Below are positions 8,921 to 15,429 of a DNA stretch of 15,429 bases, in pieces. Numbering within the stretch: the stretch's first letter is position 1; every line of letters begins with the position of its first letter. The notes beneath the pieces are model-generated. The model worked only from the letters and a program-made list of their open reading frames with translations. It was not told where the DNA came from and ran no database searches. Source of the stretch: Octopus sinensis. Lineage: Eukaryota. The stretch spans positions 1 through 15,429 of the forward strand of contig NW_021825494.1 in assembly GCF_006345805.1 (NCBI RefSeq), in the 5' to 3' direction. A program made the position numbers and the translations under genes.

Positions 8921-10380
8921 CTTGCCGTAAATTACCGTTCAATCTCACTCACCTCTCATATCATTAAGGTATTTGAGAGAGTGCTGAGATCGCGTATGAC
9001 TCACTTCCTCGAGAGTCATAATATGCGGAACTCCAACCAGCATGGATTCCGTAATGGAAGAGATTGCCTGACGCAGCTACTGCATCATTTTGATGTCATT
9101 TTGAGAGCCTTGGGAGAGGGTTCCAACACTGATGTCATCTTCCTTGATTTCAGCAAGGCCTTTGACAGGTTTGATCATAAGATCCTTTTGAGAAAGCTGT
9201 CCAATATTGGTGTCACTGGAAAGCTGCTACAGTGGATCAAGTGCTTCCTGTCAAACAGAACCCAACATGTTGTAGTCGAAGGAGTCAAATCCAGCCTACC
9301 CAAAGTCAGCAGTGGTGTCCCACAAGGCACTGTGTTGGACCCACTTCTCTTCATCATCTACATAATGATATTACTGACACCATCAAACACAATAACATCA
9401 GAACTTTCGCTGATGATTCCAAGCTCCAGAAGGTCATCAATGGCGTGGATGACCGAATAAGCCTTCAGTCAGACCTACTGGCTGTTCTCCAATGGGCGGA
9501 AAAGAATAACATGTTACTAAACGAAGACAAATTCGAACTGATCCACTTTGGAAGGGAGGACGCTCTAAAACTCCCATACTCCCTTCCTTCTGGAGAAATT
9601 CTCATGGCGTCTAACAACATCAGAGACTTGGGAGTAACAGTGGACAACAACATAAGCTGGGCTACACATATAAGCAGCAAAGTTGATATGGCCCGCAGAA
9701 TGTGTTCCTGGATTCTCAGAACCTTCCAGTCGAGAGATTCCCACACCATTATCCTTCTCTTCTCCACTTTTGCCCGACCCCACCTTGAATACTGCTGTCC
9801 ACTGTGGTCTCCCTACACAAAACAAAATATTATGAGAATTGAAGCTCCCCAACGGTCAATCACAAAAAAGATAGATGGCATGTCAGACCTTGACTACTAG
9901 GGTAGACTAGTGAAACTGAAACTGTTTTCACTCCAACGACGCCGTGAACGCTACATTATCTGTATGATGTGGAAAATATTCCATCAGCACTGTCCGAATG
10001 ATGTTGGCATCACCTTCAAAATACATCCAAGGCTTGGACCACGTGCCATCCGTCCACAACAGAAATCTAAATCGCATCTCATAACAACAATACGGCACAA
10101 TCATTTTATCTCAATTGGAACCGCTCTCTTCAACATTACACCAGGACACGTCAAAACAGAAACTGACCACACAAAATTCAAGAAGTCTTTGGACAAATTC
10201 CTTCAAACAGTCCCGGACAAACCATCCACACCAAGATATGTCTCCGCAAAGAATAACTGTCAGCTCGAATGGGCCTTGGTGCCCAAATCCTGAATTGAAA
10301 GACTTCGCCAGGTGGTGCTATTAAGTTAGACATGGCCTGGGCCAATACTGGTCAAAACCTTTCTAAGTTATTCTAAGTTA
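8921..10380 (+). mobile_element. 5'-truncated CR1-like (CR1/L2 group) LINE, RT domain to 3' end
   Basis: NYRSISLTSHIIKVFE, NQHGFR, FLDFSKAFD, SGVPQGTVL, FADD (9406-9417), RDLGV, RPHLEYCCPLWSP, LFSLQRRRER. One frameshift near 9363 and one TAG at 9898-9900. It ends in TTCTAAGTTA x2 (10361-10380). Confidence 0.93.
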
Positions 10381-10385
10381 TATAA

Positions 10386-10425
<40 letters not shown>

Positions 10426-10528
10426 ATATATGTATGTATATATGTATGTATATATGTGTGTATGTATATATCTATATATATCTATATATATATGCATGCA
10501 TATAACTATGTATATATGTATGTATATA

Positions 10529-10567
<39 letters not shown>

Positions 10568-10612
10568 GTATGTATATATGTATGTATATATGTATTTATG
10601 TATATATGTATG

Positions 10613-10644
<32 letters not shown>

Positions 10645-10661
10645 ATATATATTATATATAT

Positions 10662-10704
<43 letters not shown>

Positions 10705-10822
10705 TATATATACATACATGTATATATTTATGTATATATGTATGTATGCATATATATATATATATATACATGTATATATATATATGTATGTATGAGTATA
10801 AGCGTATGTATGAGTATGTATG
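10381..10822. repeat. Compound (TA)n/(TATG)n microsatellite, ~440 bp
   Basis: Direct reading. Confidence 0.97.
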
Positions 10823-11449
10823 AGAAGGAGAAATTTTTTTCAAGAATATTGTTTACTTTAATATTTGTGTCTTTGTGAAATGGATGTTGGTTGGATTATG
10901 TTCTTCATTATCTTTGTATTAATGGCGGTGGAGAAGGATGGCGTTCCAGTGTCTTTTGTTTATTTGAACTCATAAAATTATGTGTAATTAAAATTACTTA
11001 ATCCGTAAATGAAGGATTTAAAAATATCCTTCCTTCCCCCCATCCGCATCCACTCTAATACTCCAATATAAATATGTTTAATAGGTAATTCCAGCCTGAA
11101 GAATTCAATGTTATATAATAATGATAAGTCATTAAAGGCATCATTATGAAAACATATTCAAAATTTGGTTATTAATAACCAAATAGTAGAAACCGATTGA
11201 CAAGATGAGACATTTCAAATAGATTTTTTATAATGAACTGCTGTCAAATGTAAATAAAGGAAATGTTAACACAGGAGATAATGACTGCGAACGATCTGCT
11301 AATAAAGTGCAATTAGCAACATGGGTGATGGTTTAATTAGCAACACTCACTGGTAAAGAAAACAGGGATTACCTCCTCTTGCCTTTCAACTCCATCCAAG
11401 CATGTTCCATGCATTAAATACCTGCCAGTTGTTACTTGGGGATTCGACA

Positions 11450-11575
11450 GGATTTGTTAGCGGATTGCTTAGAATGTATTGAAGTAGTCATTCTGGCATT
11501 CTGTGCCCTGAGTTCAAATTCCATCATCGCCAACTTTGCTTTTTCATTCTTTCAATACACATCAGGTACTGAAGG
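11450..11575 (+). mobile_element. Degenerate family B SINE fragment
   Basis: CTGAGTTCAAATTCC (B-box-like, 11508-11522) followed by ACTTTGCTTTTTCATTCTTTC, matching 12522-12570. Confidence 0.65.
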
Positions 11576-11597
11576 AATACATCATTATATGTTGCAC

Positions 11598-11604
11598 TCT
11601 CTCA

Positions 11605-11676
<72 letters not shown>
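11598..11676. repeat. (CT)n microsatellite
   Basis: Direct reading. Confidence 0.95.
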
Positions 11677-11677
<1 letters not shown>

Positions 11678-12029
11678 TTGAAAGATTTCCACTGTGGTTT
11701 GACAGAGAGAGGGGTTAGCTACATCATGTTTAAAATACCCAAATATGAGTGTGAGGAAGGCGTCCTTATGATTCTGACAACATATGATGACTGAAGACAG
11801 GGAATGGATATGAATAGACCCCCTCATCAATAGATATACCCAATACTCAATCCTATTGAACAACCACAGTTATCTGTGGTAGTAGTAAGTACATCAGATA
11901 AAAATACTATCTGATGCGTCTACTGAAAATCTAAGCAGGGTCCTGTCAAACTGTTCCTGTCTATTTATTTGCACAAGCTAATAATGAACCAATGAGAGAT
12001 CGTGTATGGGGTGGTTAGGTCTGTTAGAT

Positions 12030-12220
12030 GTAGCAGCCACATCTGCCTCGTATCTTAAAACAAGGACATGTGAACTCACGTGGTTATATGGTCATTGCAA
12101 ATAGGAAAAAAACAGGATGGTCACAGCTAGAATGCTTTTGATCTCAGGCCTGCGCAGTCAGGGTTGACCAAGGGCTAAACAGCACATTTTATTATTAGTA
12201 TTGTTGTTGTTATTGTTGTT
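12030..12220 (+). mobile_element. Probable 3' end of another retroposon/SINE
   Basis: GGATGGTCACAGCTAGAATGCTTTTGATC...AGGGTTGACCAAGGGCTAAACA followed by a simple-repeat tail. It resembles an octopus repeat end from memory only, and there is no second copy in the window. Confidence 0.4.
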
Positions 12221-12410
12221 AAGGTGACGGAAATGTGAGCACATCAGGCAAAACGCTTAGTAGCATTTCTTCTGACTTTACATTCCAAATTCTGATTACC
12301 ATGAAGCTGACTTTGCCTTTCATCCTGTTAGGGTCAGTAAAATAGGTACCAGTTGAGTACTGGGTTGATTAATGGACTATATATTCCACTTTACCAAAAT
12401 TGTTTTTCTC
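12221..12410 (+). mobile_element. Family B tRNA-derived SINE, copy 1
   Basis: AAAACGCTTAGTAGCATTT...GACTTTGCCTTTCATCCTGTTAGGGTCAGTAAAATAGGTACCAGTTGAGTACTGGG aligns with 12451-12660. Confidence 0.78.
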
Positions 12411-12411
<1 letters not shown>

Positions 12412-12442
<31 letters not shown>

Positions 12443-12450
12443 TATCATTA
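12412..12450. repeat. (CAT)n microsatellite
   Basis: Direct reading. Confidence 0.95.
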
Positions 12451-12660
12451 TGGCGGCAAGTTGGCAGAAACATTAGCACATTGGACAAAATGCTTAGCAG
12501 CATTTTATTCACCTTTATGTTCTGAGTTCAAATTCCACCAAGGTAGACTTTGACTTTCATCCTTTCAGGGTCAATAAATTAACTATCAGTGAAACACTGG
12601 GGTCATTGTAATTGACTAATCATCCTTCCCCAAATTTCAGGCCTTCTGCCTTTAGTAGAA
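12451..12660 (+). mobile_element. Family B tRNA-derived SINE, copy 2
   Basis: A-box-like TTGGCAGAAACATTAG, B-box-like GAGTTCAAATTCC (12524-12536), and a central GACTTTGACTTTCATCCTTTCAGGGTCAATAAATTAA block shared with copy 1. Confidence 0.8.
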
Positions 12661-12661
12661 G

Positions 12662-12667
12662 TTATTA

Positions 12668-12709
<42 letters not shown>

Positions 12710-13018
12710 TATTATTATTATTATTATTATTATCATTATTATTATTATTATTATTATTATATTATTATATATTATTATATTATTATTATTATTATCATTA
12801 TTATTATCATTATTATTATCATTATTATTATTTCATTATTATTATTATCATTATTATTATTATTATTATATCATCATTATTATTATTATTATTATTTATT
12901 ATTATTATTATCATTATTATTATCATTATTATTATCATTATTATTATTATCATTATTATTATTATCATTATTATTATTATTATTATTATCATCATTATTA
13001 TTATTATTATTATTATTA

Positions 13019-13053
<35 letters not shown>

Positions 13054-13232
13054 ATTATTATTATTATTATTATCATTATTATTATATTATATTATTATCA
13101 TTATTTCATTATTATTATTATCATATTATTATCTTATTATTATTATCATTATTATTATTATTATTATTATAATTATTATTATGATTATTATCATTATTAT
13201 TATTATTATTATTATCATCATTATTATTATTA

Positions 13233-13270
<38 letters not shown>

Positions 13271-13423
13271 TTATTATTATTATTATTATTATTATCATTA
13301 TTATTATTATTATTATCATTATTATCATTATTATTATAATCATTATTATTATCATTATTATTATTATCATTATTATTATTATCATTATTATTATTATATT
13401 ATTATTATATTATTATTATCATT

Positions 13424-13457
<34 letters not shown>

Positions 13458-13574
13458 CTATTATTATTATTATTATTATTATCATTATTATCATTATTAA
13501 TATTATTATTATTATCATCATTATTATTATTATTATTATTATTAATATTGTTATTATTATTATTATTATTATTC
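12662..13574. repeat. ~910-bp (ATT)n/(ATC) trinucleotide array
   Basis: Direct reading. Confidence 0.98.
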
Positions 13575-13732
13575 TATGTTTGACTTTTGCTTTATATTTG
13601 TACAATTTGGCTCCAAGTCTCACCCAGAGACCTCAGAGACAACAGGGTTGGAAGTCCATGTTTTTGTTATGCCTATGTGCCATATATTCAGGGGGTGGGA
13701 TGTTGTACTAATAATGTCTAAAAAAAAAAGGG

Positions 13733-13735
<3 letters not shown>

Positions 13736-13775
<40 letters not shown>

Positions 13776-13832
13776 TATTATTATTATTATTATTTTATCA
13801 TCATCATCATCATCATTATTATTATTATTATA

Positions 13833-13867
<35 letters not shown>

Positions 13868-13922
13868 TATTATTATTATTATTATATTATTATTATTATT
13901 ATTATTATTACTATTATTATTA

Positions 13923-13956
<34 letters not shown>
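13736..13956. repeat. (ATT)n/(CAT)n trinucleotide array
   Basis: Direct reading; it directly abuts the Tx1-like element. Confidence 0.97.
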
Positions 13957-15429
13957 GGCAGCGGTACTGGAACTGGCAGCTAAACGGGAGCATTCCCGGT
14001 TTTGTGAGCCGAGGCAGTAACACTGCTGAAGAAAGATCTAAACAAGGGAAATGTAATAGATAACTTTAGGCCCATCACTCTGCTTAATGCAGACTTGAAG
14101 ATTTTGGCCAAGGTGTTAGCCAAGAGGTTGGCGCTTGTCATCGAAAAACTGGTTGACAAGGCGCAAACGTGCACCGTGCCGGACCGGACCATCCATGACA
14201 ACCTCCACCTGATGCGCTACATCATAGACAGGGTAGTTAACGAACCTGGCATGGGTGGGGCGCTGATCAATCGAAAGCTTTCGATAGGGTAGACCATCGA
14301 TACTTGGAGGCAGTCCTCAGAGCGGCTGGCTTCGGTCCCGTCTTCCGCGGCTGGATAGCCACTTTGTACAGAGGCATCCGTTCGGTAGTTCGCGTAAATG
14401 GACATCTATCGAGACCTTTCGACATCGCACGTTCGGTTCGTCAGGGATGCCCCCTCTCGTCGCTTCTATACGTATTGACTCTCGAGCCACTATTGCGGAA
14501 GCTGGCAACTCTGAGGGGCATCCCGTGAGAACTGGGATGCGGGACGAGCGTGTCTGCATACGCGGACGACGTCACCGTCATAGTGTCTAGCCACGAGCAC
14601 ATCGAGCAGGTCGGCGTGACACTGAAAAACTACGAAGCAGTGACAGGAGCAAAATCAACCGGGAAAAGTCAGTGGGCTTGCGACTAGGCACCTGGAGAAG
14701 CAAACCCATGCCGTCCACCAGCGCCTCCGTTGTGGGACGCTGGACCGACGGTCCGGTCGAGTTGCTCGGGGTCTGGTTCAGTCCGGACCTCCAAATGGAG
14801 AAGAACTGGAACGAGATAACGAGTAGGGTGGTCACTCTCGCCGCCCAGCAATGGGCCGAGAGGAACTGTCCCTAAAAGGTCGGGCGGAGGTGGCGAACAC
14901 GTACATCGCGTCCATCTCACTACTACTACCGCCTGACCGTCGTGCCTTGTTCCGACCCTACCGTCACCAAACTAGAACGTATTCTCTTTCGCTTCTTGTG
15001 GAAAGGATGCATCCCGATGGTCAGACGATTCATTTGCTGCCAACTCCCGTTAAAAGGAGGGCTGGGCATGCCGTGGTTGATGATGCGCAGACATGCGCTG
15101 AGACTGCGGCATCTCAGGCTCTTCGTAGACGACGGTGAACAGGTGTGGTCACCGTTTGTGAGGCACGCGTTCCCGCAGCTCGTCTCCTTGACCGAAATGC
15201 AATCGTAGATCAAAAAGAGGCCGAGGAAGGGCGAATGGCATCGCGAGTGTCGCGTTGCTCTCAAGCAACTCTGCCGTCCTGGGTCAACCTTGAGTGACTC
15301 CATCACAACCAAAGCATTCTATAGGGGATTAGTGGATGGGAGGTACGACGATGAGCTCGGGGCGAACCTGGACGTCGACGAGGAATACCTGACCCGCCTG
15401 TTCGGGACTACTTTCGGGCCAGGGCCCAT
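13957..15429 (+). mobile_element. 5'-truncated Tx1/L1-clade LINE RT region, pseudogenised, continuing beyond the window
   Basis: NFRPITLLNADLKILAKVLAKRL, KAFDRVDH, SVRQGCPLSSLLYVL, YADD (14559-14570), AKINREKS, LLGVWF, LSLKGRAEV, GGLGMP. TGA at 14526-14528, TAG at 15206-15208 and several frameshifts. It is visibly GC-richer than the flanks. Confidence 0.93.

Noticed and set aside
11436-11863. Short ORFs in the 11.4-11.9 kb region
   Set aside because: They overlap a degenerate SINE and a (CT)n repeat and contain no recognisable domain.
12612-13983. Poly-Y/I/L ORFs
   Set aside because: Translation artefacts of (ATT)n repeats.

Overview
Eukaryotic, repeat-saturated genomic DNA with no intact host protein-coding gene. 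The SINE families and the (TA)n/(CA)n/(ATT)n load resemble what I recall from Octopus/coleoid genomes; this is an inference and was not searched. The window contains three broken non-LTR retrotransposons from different clades: an RTE-like copy (~2181-4584, endonuclease + RT + C2H2 finger, internally deleted), a 5'-truncated CR1-like copy (~8921-10380) and a 5'-truncated Tx1/L1-like copy (13957 to window end). It also holds about eight tRNA-derived SINE copies or fragments and many microsatellites. The standout is a young tandem array of five ~545-bp units (4916-7620). Each unit carries a type I hammerhead-ribozyme-like motif on the minus strand (stem I-CUGAUGA-stem II-GAAA-short palindromic stem III-GUU-stem I). 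The array abuts a (TA)n tract at its predicted 3' end and ends in a 52-bp inversion at its predicted 5' end. This fits a non-autonomous Penelope-pLTR-like or 'retrozyme' element inserted as a multimer by reverse transcription. Ribozyme activity, circular RNA and the mobilising RT are untested hypotheses. All alignments and folds were done by eye, so boundaries marked ~ are approximate.
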